This document shows, piece by piece, positions 1-10,370 of a DNA stretch of 64,000 bases; position 1 is the stretch's first letter, and each line of letters begins with the position of its first letter. A model generated the notes under the pieces. The model worked only from the letters and a program-made list of their open reading frames with translations. It ran no database searches and had not been told where the DNA came from. The DNA comes from an uncultured SAR86 cluster bacterium (GTDB lineage Bacteria; Pseudomonadota; Gammaproteobacteria; Magnimaribacterales; D2472). The stretch is from the NCBI GenBank assembly GCA_902547295.1, contig CACCNJ010000001.1, forward strand, positions 105,137 to 169,136, in the 5' to 3' direction. The translations under genes were made by a program, and so were the position numbers.

Positions 1-2377
1 CATCTTCTTCCTCAACTAATGCTGCCGCAACCATCATTCCGTTTCTCTCGCTTGTTTTTATAGAAATGACACCTTGTCCACCTCTATTATGTGTTGGGAA
101 ATCTTCAAGTTCAGTCTTTTTGCCATAACCATTTTCTGACACACACAGAATAGTTTTTGATGGATCAGCAACATTTAACGAAATTAGTCTTTGATCTTTT
201 TTTAATTTCATACCTTTCACACCTCTTGCGGTTCTTCCCATAGGCCTAACTTTAGACTCATTAAATCTGATTAATTTTCCTGCAGATGAGGCCAGTAAAA
301 TTTCTTTTTTACCATCAGTTATTGCAGTCCCAATTAATCTATCATCATCATCGAGATTTATAGCCTTAATTCCTGATTTCCACTTTCTTGCAAAAAGGCT
401 TAAGCTAGTTTTCTTTGTTATACCTTTTCTTGTTGCCATAAAAATAAATTTATCTTCAGAAAATTCTTCAACCGGCAAGATATCGCTCACCCTTTCATCA
501 TCATCTAAATTAAGCATGTTTACTAAAGGTCTTCCTTTTGATGTTCTAGATGCAACAGGTATCTCGTATACTTTAAGCCAGAATACCTTTCCTTTTGTTG
601 TGAAGCATAAAATTTGAACATGACTACTCAAAACATAAAGATTTTGAATTAAATCTTCTTCTTTTACGGATGCAGCCGCCTTGCCTTGTCCTCCTCTTCT
701 CTGTTCTCTATATTCATCTAGAGGTTGAGTTTTAGCATAACCACTTCTTGAAACTGTAAGCACCCTTGTTTCTTCTGGAATAAGATCCTCATTTGTAATA
801 CCTCTTCTGGTGTCATTAATTAATGTTCTTCTATCATCACCAAAATTTTCTTTAATTTCTTCAAGCTCTCCTATCATCAAATCGATAAGTGTTTGCTTAT
901 CATCGAGAATTTTTTGCAGACCAAGAATCTTTTCAACAATCTCTGAAAATTCTTTGCTTAAATTATCTTGCTCCAAACCAGTCAATCTTCCAAGCCTTAG
1001 CTCGAGAATTGCTTTTGCCTGGTCTTCAGAAAGTTTATATTTTTTACCTTTGAGTCCAAGATCCTTACTTAATCCTTTTGGTTTACATGCGTCACTTCCA
1101 ACCTTTTTAAGAATTGCTTCAACTGGACCAGATTTCCATACTTTTTTACAAAGTTCTTTGGCAGCTATCTTTGGATCTTTTGATTTTTTAATTATTGAAA
1201 TTATTTGATCGATATTTGCAATTGCAACCATCAAGCCTTCAACAACATGACCCCTATCCTTGGCTTTTCGAAGATCATACTTAGTCCTTTTTGTAATAAT
1301 ATCTTTTCTATGCTTAACAAATGCTTGAAGCATTTCTTTCAAATTAACTTCTTTTGGCTGGCCATCTGATAGAACAGTGAAGTTAATTCCAAAAGATTGT
1401 TCAAGTTGAGTTTGAGCAAAAAGGTTATTTTCTAGAACATCAACCGAATCACCTTTTCTAACTTCAATTACTACTCTTAATCCATCCTTATCTGACTCAT
1501 CTCTAATTTCAGTTATCCCTTCTATTTTCTTTTCCTTAACTAACTCAGCAATTTTTTCTAACATCTTTGCTTTATTAACCATAAAAGGTATCTCATTTAT
1601 GATTAAACTTTGTTTGCCAGATTTGTCCTCTTCAATAGAGGTATTAGACCTAATATGAATTATTCCTCTGCCTGTTTTATAAGCCTCATATATTCCAGCT
1701 TTTCCGTCTATAGTTCCACCTGTTGGAAAGTCTGGACCTGAAATATCCTTGATCAATTCATCAATTGAGATTTTTGGATTAATGATTAAATTTATACATC
1801 CATTCAAAACTTCGTTTAAATTATGTGGAGGAATATTTGTTGCCATGCCAACTGCAATTCCAGAAGAGCCATTTACAAGTAAATTTGGAATTTTTGTTGG
1901 TAGGACGTCTGGAATATCTTCACTACCATCATAGTTTGGTGAAAAAGAAACAGTCTCCTTTTCTATATCACCTAACATTTGATCTGTAATTTTAGACATT
2001 CTTACTTCTGTATAACGCATTGCGGCAGGAGGATCGCCATCAATTGATCCAAAATTTCCTTGACCCTCAACTATCGGATATCTCATTGAAAAATCTTGAG
2101 CCATTCTGACCATTGCATCGTAAACAGCAGAGTCTCCATGTGGATGATATTTTCCAATGACATCTCCAACAACTCTTGCAGATTTTTTATAAGGTCTATT
2201 ATAGAAATTTTTAAGATCATACATTGCGTATAAAATTCTTCTATGGACTGGTTTTAAGCCATCTCTTATGTCGGGAAGAGCCCTTCCATGAATAACGCTT
2301 AAAGCATAACTTAAGTAAGATTGCTTAAGCTCATCTTCTATATTTACAGATATAATTTCTTTAGCGAAATCATTCAT
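1..2377 (-). CDS. gyrA: DNA gyrase subunit A (C-terminal end runs off the window start; about 792 codons present)
   Basis: Hand translation of the reverse complement from the ATG at 2377-2375 gives [52 protein letters not shown]...[27 protein letters not shown]...[19 protein letters not shown] (catalytic Tyr motif). The frame is still open at base 1, where it reads ...[16 protein letters not shown] (beta-pinwheel type repeat). It is absent from the ORF track because it is edge-truncated. Confidence 0.95.
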   Translation of the reverse strand, partial: MNDFAKEIISVNIEDELKQSYLSYALSVIHGRALPDIRDGLKPVHRRILYAMYDLKNFYNRPYKKSARVVGDVIGKYHPHGDSAVYDAMVRMAQDFSMRYPIVEGQGNFGSIDGDPPAAMRYTEVRMSKITDQMLGDIEKETVSFSPNYDGSEDIPDVLPTKIPNLLVNGSSGIAVGMATNIPPHNLNEVLNGCINLIINPKISIDELIKDISGPDFPTGGTIDGKAGIYEAYKTGRGIIHIRSNTSIEEDKSGKQSLIINEIPFMVNKAKMLEKIAELVKEKKIEGITEIRDESDKDGLRVVIEVRKGDSVDVLENNLFAQTQLEQSFGINFTVLSDGQPKEVNLKEMLQAFVKHRKDIITKRTKYDLRKAKDRGHVVEGLMVAIANIDQIISIIKKSKDPKIAAKELCKKVWKSGPVEAILKKVGSDACKPKGLSKDLGLKGKKYKLSEDQAKAILELRLGRLTGLEQDNLSKEFSEIVEKILGLQKILDDKQTLIDLMIGELEEIKENFGDDRRTLINDTRRGITNEDLIPEETRVLTVSRSGYAKTQPLDEYREQRRGGQGKAAASVKEEDLIQNLYVLSSHVQILCFTTKGKVFWLKVYEIPVASRTSKGRPLVNMLNLDDDERVSDILPVEEFSEDKFIFMATRKGITKKTSLSLFARKWKSGIKAINLDDDDRLIGTAITDGKKEILLASSAGKLIRFNESKVRPMGRTARGVKGMKLKKDQRLISLNVADPSKTILCVSENGYGKKTELEDFPTHNRGGQGVISIKTSERNGMMVAAALVEEED

Positions 2378-2459
2378 TTTATAGCTCGGAAAACCCTTGT
2401 TTTATGCACAAATTTTATAACCCTAATAGGGTAATATTTTAACATATTTATAAGTGAAA

Positions 2460-3839
2460 TTACTCTTTAAATTCAGTAACTAAGCCGCCAATTGACTCCT
2501 TTGCGTCACCAAATAACATTCTGGTATTTTCTTTGAAAAACAAAGGATTTTGCACACCTGCAAAACCAGATGACATTGATCTTTTTAGAACAAAAACTGT
2601 CCTTGCATTGTGAACCTCAATTATAGGCATTCCGTAAATTGGACTTCCTGGTTCTTCTGTTGCAGATGGATTTACTACGTCATTTGCTCCAATTACTACA
2701 GCAACATCAACAGTATCCATAGATGGATTTACATCTTCTGGTTCAACTAAAACATCATAAGGAACGTTTGCTTCTGCAAGCAAAACATTCATATGACCTG
2801 GCATTCTTCCAGCAACTGGATGAATTCCATATCTTACTTCAGTACCATTCGCTTCAAGAAGCTCTCCTAGTTCTCTGACAACATGCTGGGCTTGCGCAAC
2901 TGCCATACCATATCCTGGAATTACTAGAACAGAGCTCGCATTCTCTAATATTAAATATGCATCCGATACATTTATTGGTTTGACCTCACCAGTTTCTTCA
3001 GATTTTGAAGCAGAAGCTGATGAAGCGTAGCCAACAAATAAAATGTTGCCAATTGAGCGATTCATAGCCTTGGCCATGATGATAGTTAAAATTAAACCAC
3101 TAGCTCCAACCAAAGATCCAGCAACAATAAGAACATTGTTTAATAGTAACAATCCTGCAAATGCTGCAGCAATACCTGAGAATGAGTTTAATAATGAAAT
3201 AACTACTGGCATATCGCCGCCACCAATTGGGATTACGAATCCCACACCGCCTAGCAATGTTAAAATCAATAAAATTGTGTAGAAATCAAAGCCTGGACTG
3301 AAAATCTTTGTTATAAAAATTGAGTACAACAGATATATAATTGAAATGTAGAAAAAAGTTGTGAACAATTTTGTAACTATCGAGGACTTTTCGACCTTTA
3401 GTGTCTCTGATAATTTGCCATAGGCAATAACACTTCCAGAGAATGTCACGCCTCCAATGTAAGTTGTAATCATTACCAATAAATATTGAAAATTATTTGA
3501 TGGTATTGAATTAAATTCAGACCATGCAATAAAGAATGTTGCCAAACCTCCAAATCCATTAAATAGTGCTACCATCTCAGGGATTGAAGTCATTTTTACT
3601 TTTAGTGCAATAAGTGAACCTATAATTGCGCCAATTCCGATCCCAACTAAAACTAAAATAGGATTTATTACATTAATAAATGTTACAGAAACAGCGATGA
3701 ACATTGCTAATGCCGATAAGAAATTACCTCTTACGGCAGTATCTTCTTTCCCAAGCATCTTGATGCCTGAAATAAATAATATAGACGAAAATATATAAAT
3801 AATATTTTGGATAGAAGATATGTTTTCAAAAAAGCTCAT
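2460..3839 (-). CDS. pntB: NAD(P) transhydrogenase subunit beta
   Basis: 459-aa ORF with a multi-TM N-terminal half and a C-terminal NADP(H)-binding domain III. Motifs: GYGMAVAQAQH, HPVAGRMPGHMNVLLAEA, VIGANDVVNP. It follows the two alpha-subunit ORFs. Confidence 0.95.
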   Translation of the reverse strand: MSFFENISSIQNIIYIFSSILFISGIKMLGKEDTAVRGNFLSALAMFIAVSVTFINVINPILVLVGIGIGAIIGSLIALKVKMTSIPEMVALFNGFGGLATFFIAWSEFNSIPSNNFQYLLVMITTYIGGVTFSGSVIAYGKLSETLKVEKSSIVTKLFTTFFYISIIYLLYSIFITKIFSPGFDFYTILLILTLLGGVGFVIPIGGGDMPVVISLLNSFSGIAAAFAGLLLLNNVLIVAGSLVGASGLILTIIMAKAMNRSIGNILFVGYASSASASKSEETGEVKPINVSDAYLILENASSVLVIPGYGMAVAQAQHVVRELGELLEANGTEVRYGIHPVAGRMPGHMNVLLAEANVPYDVLVEPEDVNPSMDTVDVAVVIGANDVVNPSATEEPGSPIYGMPIIEVHNARTVFVLKRSMSSGFAGVQNPLFFKENTRMLFGDAKESIGGLVTEFKE

Positions 3840-3841
3840 TG

Positions 3842-4114
3842 TTATTTCTTCTTAAACATTTTTAACATTCTGTTTGTAACAAGATAGCCACCAAAAACGT
3901 TAATTGATGCAAACATTACCGCAAGGAAAGCTAAGGCTTGTTGAAGTTGAGTATCGGAACCAAGAACTAAAGCTCCAACTAAAGCAATTCCTGAGATTGC
4001 ATTAGCACCTGACATTAGAGGTGTATGCAAGGTACTTGGAACTTTAGAGATGAGCTCTAATCCAAGATAAATTGAAAGAATAAGAACAAATCCTAAGAGA
4101 ATATAAATTTCCAT
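3842..4114 (-). CDS. pntAB: NAD(P) transhydrogenase subunit alpha, small membrane part (split PntA)
   Basis: 90-aa hydrophobic ORF (..TPLMSGANAISGIALVGAL..). It lies 2 nt from pntB and shares 1 nt with pntAA. Confidence 0.85.
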   Translation of the reverse strand: MEIYILLGFVLILSIYLGLELISKVPSTLHTPLMSGANAISGIALVGALVLGSDTQLQQALAFLAVMFASINVFGGYLVTNRMLKMFKKK

Positions 4115-5235
4115 TATTTCTTAAACCTCTCATTTTTAATTTCGCCATTGTGGACTAAAACACTACTTGAAATAATTTCATCATCAAAGTCAAAGCTGAT
4201 ACTTAGATTTTCTTTATCAAAAAAATCTGAAATCCAATTATTGTAATTATTTGAGAGAGCTAAAGAAGCATGATTAGATACTTTTGAAGCTAAATTTGAT
4301 ATGCCAATAATCTTAACTCCATTTCTTTCAACAACTTTATCTACTTCAGACCCTTCGACATTGCCACCTGATTCTACTGCCATATCAAAAATCACACTTC
4401 CAGGCATCATTCTATCAATTGTTTTATTATCAACTAATAAAGGTGCTGGCCTCCCAAATAACTGTGCTGTGGTAATAACAATATCAGATCTCTCACACAC
4501 TTTTGACTGAAGTTCTTTTTGTTTTGTTATTTGTTCTTCTGTAAGTTCTTTTGCATATCCTTGATCAGTTTCTCCTGTTTCTCCTAAATCAATTTTTACA
4601 AACTTCGCTCCAAGAGAATTTACTTGTTCCTCAACAACATCTCTTGTATCAAATGCTTCAACTCTAGCTCCCAATCTTTTTGCAGTTGCAATAGCTTGAA
4701 GACCGGCAACTCCTACACCTATAACAAATACCTTTGCAGGTTTTAGAGTACCTGCTGCTGTCATCATCATTGGTAATGCTGTTGATAAATGTTTTGCGGA
4801 TTCAATAACTGCAACATAACCAGCAAGGTTTGCTTGTGAACTTAAAACATCCATCTTTTGAGCTCTAGTTATTCTGGGAATAAATTCCATACTAACTAAA
4901 TTAATTTTTAAGTTAGAGCATGATTCAATTAGTGCTTGATTACTGAATGGATTTATCATGCCAAGTATAGTTGAATTTGGTTTAATTAATTTTAGTTCAT
5001 CATCTCCTAATGGTTGATTAGTAATTATTAAATCGCCCTTTTTGAGACACTCTTCTCGTGAAGATTTCTTTAATCCACTTTGTTCAAAGATTTTATCGCT
5101 AACATTAATACCTATTCCAATATTTTCTTCAAAAAACACATCTGCCCCAAGATTTAACAAAGTACTGATAGTATCGATATGGATTGGTGATCTTGAATCA
5201 GTATCAACGGAAGACTTTAAAGCTGAAATAATCAA
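4114..5235 (-). CDS. pntAA: NAD(P) transhydrogenase subunit alpha, soluble part 1
   Basis: 373-aa ORF with an alanine-dehydrogenase/PNT fold and dinucleotide motif VFVIGVGVAGLQAIATAKRLGARV. It is the first gene of the three-gene pnt operon. Confidence 0.9.
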   Translation of the reverse strand: MIISALKSSVDTDSRSPIHIDTISTLLNLGADVFFEENIGIGINVSDKIFEQSGLKKSSREECLKKGDLIITNQPLGDDELKLIKPNSTILGMINPFSNQALIESCSNLKINLVSMEFIPRITRAQKMDVLSSQANLAGYVAVIESAKHLSTALPMMMTAAGTLKPAKVFVIGVGVAGLQAIATAKRLGARVEAFDTRDVVEEQVNSLGAKFVKIDLGETGETDQGYAKELTEEQITKQKELQSKVCERSDIVITTAQLFGRPAPLLVDNKTIDRMMPGSVIFDMAVESGGNVEGSEVDKVVERNGVKIIGISNLASKVSNHASLALSNNYNNWISDFFDKENLSISFDFDDEIISSSVLVHNGEIKNERFKK

Positions 5236-5400
5236 AATATGTGTATAAATAATTTTGTAGTGAAGTTAATCTTATCAGTTCTAATAAGTCAATTGAATCA
5301 AATATCTTATTTTTGTGCGCCTGTTAGATAAATTATCTTGTAGTAACGCTACATATTAATATTTTTATTTGTACTTAATTAAATTTTTAAGAGTTAAAAT

Positions 5401-6102
5401 ATGCGGATGACTAACATTGATCAACAAGAAGTTAAAAAGTTCTCTGATATTGCAGAAGAATGGTGGAACAAAGATGGTGATTTCAAACCTTTGCATGTGA
5501 TAAATCCTTTGAGAGCTAATTACATAAAAGAAAAAATTGAGTTAAAAGATAAAAAAGTATTAGATGTAGGATGTGGTGGAGGACTTCTGTGTGAGTCTTT
5601 GTATGATTTTGGTGCTGAAGTTACTGGTATTGATGCAGCAGGTCCTGGAATCGAAGTAGCAAAAATACATGCACAAAAAAATAATAAAAATATCAAATAT
5701 TTTGAAAAAACTGCTGAGGAATTAAATACAGAGTATATTGAATATTATGATGTTGTTACTTGTTTGGAGGTTCTTGAGCATGTTCCTGATCCAGAGTCAC
5801 TTGTAAAAACATGTGTTCAATTACTTAAGCCAAGCGGCTTGTTATTTCTATCAACAATCAACAAAAATCCAAGATCATGGATTACTGCAATAGTCGGCGC
5901 AGAATATATATTCAATTTACTCCCAAAAGGCACTCATGAATTTGATAAATTTATAAAACCATCTTCGTTAGCTAAATATGTAAGAGATGCTGAAGCTGAA
6001 TTACTTGAAACAAAAGGAATGTTCTATAACCCTCTTACACATAAGGCAAACCTGAATAATGATTTAGGTGTTAATTATCTAATGTATGCAAGAAAATCAT
6101 AA
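5401..6102 (+). CDS. ubiG: bifunctional 3-demethylubiquinone / 2-polyprenyl-6-hydroxyphenol O-methyltransferase
   Basis: 233 aa. The N-terminus EVKKFSDIAEEWWNKDGDFKPLHVINPLR and SAM motif I VLDVGCGGGLLCE are typical of UbiG. Confidence 0.9.
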   Translation: MRMTNIDQQEVKKFSDIAEEWWNKDGDFKPLHVINPLRANYIKEKIELKDKKVLDVGCGGGLLCESLYDFGAEVTGIDAAGPGIEVAKIHAQKNNKNIKYFEKTAEELNTEYIEYYDVVTCLEVLEHVPDPESLVKTCVQLLKPSGLLFLSTINKNPRSWITAIVGAEYIFNLLPKGTHEFDKFIKPSSLAKYVRDAEAELLETKGMFYNPLTHKANLNNDLGVNYLMYARKS

Positions 6103-6751
6103 AACAGAGCTTATTTTATTTGATCTAGATGGGACTCTAATAGATACGGCACCTGATTTTCATACTTCATTAAATACCATGCTAAAAAAATATAATATGA
6201 ATGAAGTCAGTGAATTTGATATTCGGCCTCATATTTCTGAAGGAACATCAAAACTGATTAAAAAATTTTTTGCTATAGATGAAGATGATGCTGAATTTGA
6301 ACCATTAAAGTCAGAATTTCTTTCTGAATACAATATGAATAAAACAAAAGGCTGTAAGCTTTTTGATGGCATGACATCATTAATTAATTTTATGGACAAA
6401 AATAATATTAAATACGGAGTCGTTACTAATAAATTTTTTAAATTTGCAAGTCCTATAATTGACTCATTCTCAGAATTAAAAAATATCAAAGTAATAGTTT
6501 GTCCTGATCATGTAAAAATATCTAAGCCTGATCCTGAGGGTATTTTGTTAGCTTGTAAAAAACTTGATATCAATACATTAAATACAATTTATTTAGGAGA
6601 TCATATTAATGATTTAAAAGCTGGATTAAGCGCGGGGGTCAGAGTTTTAGGGTGTCTTTATGGATATTCTTTAGATGAAAACAATCTTATTAAGCTTAAT
6701 TATCCATACATAAGAGATATTTCAGAAATTTACTCACATATAAATATTTAA
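6086..6751 (+). CDS. HAD-IA phosphatase (phosphoglycolate phosphatase / MupP-like)
   Basis: 221 aa with HAD motif I LFDLDGTLIDT and motif IV GDHINDLKAG. The ubiG-HAD-SDR order matches the ubiG-mupP-yciK arrangement I recall from Pseudomonas. Confidence 0.8.
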   Translation: MQENHKTELILFDLDGTLIDTAPDFHTSLNTMLKKYNMNEVSEFDIRPHISEGTSKLIKKFFAIDEDDAEFEPLKSEFLSEYNMNKTKGCKLFDGMTSLINFMDKNNIKYGVVTNKFFKFASPIIDSFSELKNIKVIVCPDHVKISKPDPEGILLACKKLDINTLNTIYLGDHINDLKAGLSAGVRVLGCLYGYSLDENNLIKLNYPYIRDISEIYSHINI

Positions 6752-6760
6752 CTACTAAGA

Positions 6761-7501
6761 ATGACAAAAGATTTTTTATTGGATAAAAATATACTTATTA
6801 CAGGTGCGACAAGTGGTATTGGCAAATCACTTACAAAATATCTTAGCGAGCATGGAGCAAATATCCTAATGCTCTCAAAAGATGAGTCTAAGCTTGATGT
6901 TTTATATGATGAAATTGTAAAAAAATATAATACTGATCCGTGTATATTTAAATGTGATTTGCAGAAACTTAACGAAGATAGTGCTATAGAAATAAATAAA
7001 ATTATTAATGAAAATTACTCGGGTATAGATGCAGTAATCTTTAATGCTGCAGCTCTTGACAAGATGTCACATATAGAAAGTTATGATTTAGCTACATGGG
7101 AGAAAATTTTGAAAATAAACTTAACAAGTATTTTCCTCATTGCAAAAAATTTAATACCTATGCTTAAAGAATCCTCAAATCCAAGAATAATATTTACTAC
7201 TTCGAGCGTTGGTAAAAAAGGAAAGGCCTTTTGGGGTGCTTATTCTGTTTCTAAAGCAGGTTTGAATGCTTTATCAGAAATAATTGCTGATGAGGTTGAA
7301 TCAGTATCGAATATAAAAGTTTTTAACTTTGATCCAAAAGCTACCAGAACTAAAATGAGATCTCTCGCATATCCTGCTGAAAATCCTAACACCATTAAAG
7401 AGCCGCTAAAGCTTATGGATTATTATTTATGGATGCTTTCAGAGGATAGTTCTTCTTCAAATGAAATCCATATCGAATATAGAAGTGATAAGTTCAGATA
7501 G
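6761..7501 (+). CDS. short-chain dehydrogenase/reductase (YciK-like)
   Basis: 246 aa with cofactor motif TGATSGIGK and catalytic YSVSKAG (YxxxK). Confidence 0.8.
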   Translation: MTKDFLLDKNILITGATSGIGKSLTKYLSEHGANILMLSKDESKLDVLYDEIVKKYNTDPCIFKCDLQKLNEDSAIEINKIINENYSGIDAVIFNAAALDKMSHIESYDLATWEKILKINLTSIFLIAKNLIPMLKESSNPRIIFTTSSVGKKGKAFWGAYSVSKAGLNALSEIIADEVESVSNIKVFNFDPKATRTKMRSLAYPAENPNTIKEPLKLMDYYLWMLSEDSSSSNEIHIEYRSDKFR

Positions 7502-8105
7502 TAACATTTTCATCTTCAAGCACTCTCCATAAAAAAAGACACATATAGCTTCTATAAGGTCTAAAAATTTCGTAAAAAGACTCTTTATAGGAATCAATTT
7601 TAAACATCTTCAGGTGAGCATTTCTTAGGCCTAAATCTAAAATAGAAAAAACATCTGGATCACCAATAAAAAATATCCTAGACATTTCAATTGACCATGG
7701 TCCAATGCCTTTAATTTGAATTAAGAAATCAAAATACTCTGCTGCACTCATTCTATTAAGTTCTTTTTTTGAGATATTTATAAGGTCTTTATTAAAAATA
7801 ATTCCATTTAGATATTCAATTTTTTGCCTTGATAAACCAGCATCTCTAAACTTTTGGTTAAGTTTTATATTTTCCTTTTTATACTTATTTTCTTTAAGGA
7901 TTTTATCTGTCCTTTTCCATATTGCCGCCGCTGATTGAACAGAAAGCTGTTGACCAATAATTATTTTTGATAAATGGCTTACAAAATCCATCTTAGATAC
8001 TTTGATTTTTAAAGGGCCAACTCTCTTAATATGATTTGCAAGTTGGATAAAGCCTTTTTCAATAGCTTTGTCATATAAAAATTTGTGTGCAAGTTTATAT
8101 TCCAT
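7494..8105 (-). CDS. HhH-GPD DNA glycosylase (short AlkA-like 3-methyladenine DNA glycosylase II)
   Basis: 203 aa with helix-hairpin-helix IKGIGPWSIEM followed by ...GDPDVFSILDLGLRNA. It lacks the AlkA N-terminal domain. Confidence 0.7.
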   Translation of the reverse strand: MEYKLAHKFLYDKAIEKGFIQLANHIKRVGPLKIKVSKMDFVSHLSKIIIGQQLSVQSAAAIWKRTDKILKENKYKKENIKLNQKFRDAGLSRQKIEYLNGIIFNKDLINISKKELNRMSAAEYFDFLIQIKGIGPWSIEMSRIFFIGDPDVFSILDLGLRNAHLKMFKIDSYKESFYEIFRPYRSYMCLFLWRVLEDENVTI

Positions 8106-8820
8106 AGTTCTTTATTGAATCTATTTCTTTGCTAGATAATTCTATATAGCCACCTTTTTTTAATGAAGAAGGCAAAAAAATAGGTCCAAATCTTGTTCTT
8201 TTTAATCTGCTTATCTCTAACCCAACAGCATTAAATATTTTTCTTACTTCTCTGTTTTTTCCAGACATAAGACAAACAGAAAACCATTGATTAGATGATT
8301 GTTTTTCTCCTTCTACAATATCTGTAAATCTGTAAATATCATTGTCAATCTTAATTCCTGAGAGCATTTTTTCTTTCTTTTCTTTTGTAAAATCCCCTCT
8401 AGCCCTTACCAAATACTCTCTGTCAATACTTGATGAAGGATGCATGCAATAATTAGCGAATGTCCCATCATTTGTAAAAAGCATCAAACCTGACGAATTT
8501 ATGTCTAACCTCCCAATTGAGATCCATCTGATTTTTGATTTACCTTCAGGCAAAAAATCAAAAACTATTGGTATGTTTTTTTCTTTTTTGTTTGAAGACA
8601 AAACCCCCTCAGGTTTATTTAGCATTAATAATCTAATTTCTGACTCAGTAAAAGAAATAATGTTGCCATCATATTCAACTTCATCATTTTTATTTACCGA
8701 CGAACCTATTAAAGCTATTTGACCGTTAACCTTAATTTTTTTAGATTTAATTAATTCCTCACAATACCTTCTTGATCCGATACCAGATTTTGCTAAGAAT
8801 TTTTGAAGTCTCTCTGCCAT
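8095..8820 (-). CDS. rluB: 23S rRNA pseudouridine synthase, RsuA/RluB family
   Basis: 241 aa with an N-terminal S4 domain (RLQKFLAKSGIGSRRYCEELI) and catalytic motif GRLDINSSGLMLFTNDG. It sits downstream of scpA-scpB, as in many gammaproteobacteria. Confidence 0.8.
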   Translation of the reverse strand: MAERLQKFLAKSGIGSRRYCEELIKSKKIKVNGQIALIGSSVNKNDEVEYDGNIISFTESEIRLLMLNKPEGVLSSNKKEKNIPIVFDFLPEGKSKIRWISIGRLDINSSGLMLFTNDGTFANYCMHPSSSIDREYLVRARGDFTKEKKEKMLSGIKIDNDIYRFTDIVEGEKQSSNQWFSVCLMSGKNREVRKIFNAVGLEISRLKRTRFGPIFLPSSLKKGGYIELSSKEIDSIKNYGI

Positions 8821-8827
8821 TAATTAA

Positions 8828-9385
8828 TTATATGGCTTGAGACAATATGTCTTTCTCTTCGTTTTCCTCAATTTCAGGTAATTCTGGTAATTCAGAAATA
8901 CTTTTAAGGTTCAAATCATTTAAGAAATCTTTTGTTGTTACGTATAAAGTTGGCCTTCCAGGAACATCTCTATAACCAGATACTTTTATCCAATTCCTTT
9001 CCAATAGAGATCTTATGATCCTTGTACTTACTGTAATACCTCTGATGTCTTCAATATCACCTCTAGTAACAGGTTGCTTATAAGCAATTATTGAGATAGT
9101 TTCCATTAATGCTTTTGAAACTCTTGGAGCTTTTTCATTCCAAAGTGCGCTAAGAATATGACCATGATCCTCTTTGATTTGAAGTCTATATCCAGATGCA
9201 ACTTCTGTAACTTTAAGAGATGTCCCTTCATATCTCATCTCTAAATCATTAATTGCTCTTTTGATTTCACTTAGCTCAACACTTAATCCGGTGTTTTCAA
9301 GAATACTTTTTATTTCTGACAATCTTATAGGCCTTCCAGAACCAAAAAGAAGAGCTTCAACAGAATTAATAACCTTGTGTTCCAA
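8828..9385 (-). CDS. scpB: segregation and condensation protein B
   Basis: 185 aa with ALLFGSGRPIRLSEI...IAYKQPVTRGDIEDIRG (winged-helix pair). It immediately follows scpA. Confidence 0.9.
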   Translation of the reverse strand: MEHKVINSVEALLFGSGRPIRLSEIKSILENTGLSVELSEIKRAINDLEMRYEGTSLKVTEVASGYRLQIKEDHGHILSALWNEKAPRVSKALMETISIIAYKQPVTRGDIEDIRGITVSTRIIRSLLERNWIKVSGYRDVPGRPTLYVTTKDFLNDLNLKSISELPELPEIEENEEKDILSQAI

Positions 9386-9386
9386 T

Positions 9387-10184
9387 TTATATACCCCTTA
9401 CAGATTTAATAAACAATTCTTCACTCTTATTTTGAATTAACTCAATATAACCATCTTTAGCAAGTTCCAATGAGGCTAGAAGAGTTACTACGACTCCCTT
9501 TTTACCCTCTGGTTTTCTGAGTGTCTTTGAGAAACTGATAATGTTTTTATTGTTTAATATATCCAACAGAATCTGAATTCTCTCTTTGGTTGATAATTCT
9601 TCGAAATCTATTAAATGACTATTTTTATAGTTCGGTCTTTTCAATACTTCAACTACAGAAGTAAATAAGTCCGTAATATTTATTTCAGATTCTTCTTTTA
9701 ATAATGATTCTTGTAATTTTGGTACCTTAGCACTTGCTATAAAAAAATCTCTATCAACCCTTGGTAAAATTGCTATTTTTTCAGAAACTGTCTTAAATCT
9801 TTTGTACTCCTGCAATCTTTTTATAAGAGCTGCTCTTGGATCTTCTTCCTCATCTTCAAAAGATTCTTTTGGTAACATTAATCTTGATTTTATCTCAGCA
9901 AGAGTTGCCGCCATGACAAGATAATCAGCCGCTAATTCAAATTTTAAAGAATCCATTAATTCTATGTACTCTAAATATTGGTCGGTTATCTTTGATATAT
10001 CTAAATCAAGAATATCAATATCATCCTTTCTTATAAGATATAAAAGAAGGTCCAGGGGCCCAGAAAATGTCTCAAGAAAAATCTCTAGAGCGTTTGGAGG
10101 AATGAAAAGATCGTCTGGCAACTCTTCCAGGTGATTTCCCATCACTACAGGAATTTCAAGCTGCGCAAGACTATTATGTTGCAT
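9387..10184 (-). CDS. scpA: segregation and condensation protein A (kleisin)
   Basis: 265 aa with FSGPLDLLLYLIRKDDIDILDLDISKITDQYLEYI, typical of the ScpA N-terminus. Confidence 0.9.
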   Translation of the reverse strand: MQHNSLAQLEIPVVMGNHLEELPDDLFIPPNALEIFLETFSGPLDLLLYLIRKDDIDILDLDISKITDQYLEYIELMDSLKFELAADYLVMAATLAEIKSRLMLPKESFEDEEEDPRAALIKRLQEYKRFKTVSEKIAILPRVDRDFFIASAKVPKLQESLLKEESEINITDLFTSVVEVLKRPNYKNSHLIDFEELSTKERIQILLDILNNKNIISFSKTLRKPEGKKGVVVTLLASLELAKDGYIELIQNKSEELFIKSVRGI

Positions 10185-10190
10185 ATTTAA

Positions 10191-10204
10191 ACACTATATA
10201 GTGT
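10191..10204. repeat. perfect 14-bp palindrome ACACTATATAGTGT, 7 nt upstream of the scpA start codon
   Basis: Read directly: ACACTAT/ATAGTGT. It lies in the 186-nt divergent scpA / DAHP-synthase spacer. Function unknown. Confidence 0.5.
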
Positions 10205-10370
10205 AAGTTTTAGCTATTTTAATACAATATGTTGTGTATTTCCTTAAAAAATGCATATTTATAACAAATTTTTTATTTTCAATTACTTCATAAAAATGGT
10301 TTTAATCAGTGAATATTAATTTAATAATATGAAACCATTTCTCTAAATAGAGTTATAAAATATAAAAAAT

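Noticed and set aside
2420-2432. 13-bp palindrome ACCCTAATAGGGT between the gyrA start and the pntB stop
   Set aside because: Its 6-bp arms and 1-nt centre cannot form an RNA hairpin, so it is not a pntB terminator. It is too short to separate from chance without comparative data.
2460-5235. Three-gene split pntAA-pntAB-pntB as an unusual organisation
   Set aside because: The split alpha subunit is the normal arrangement in Pseudomonas and many other proteobacteria (recalled), so it is not noteworthy.
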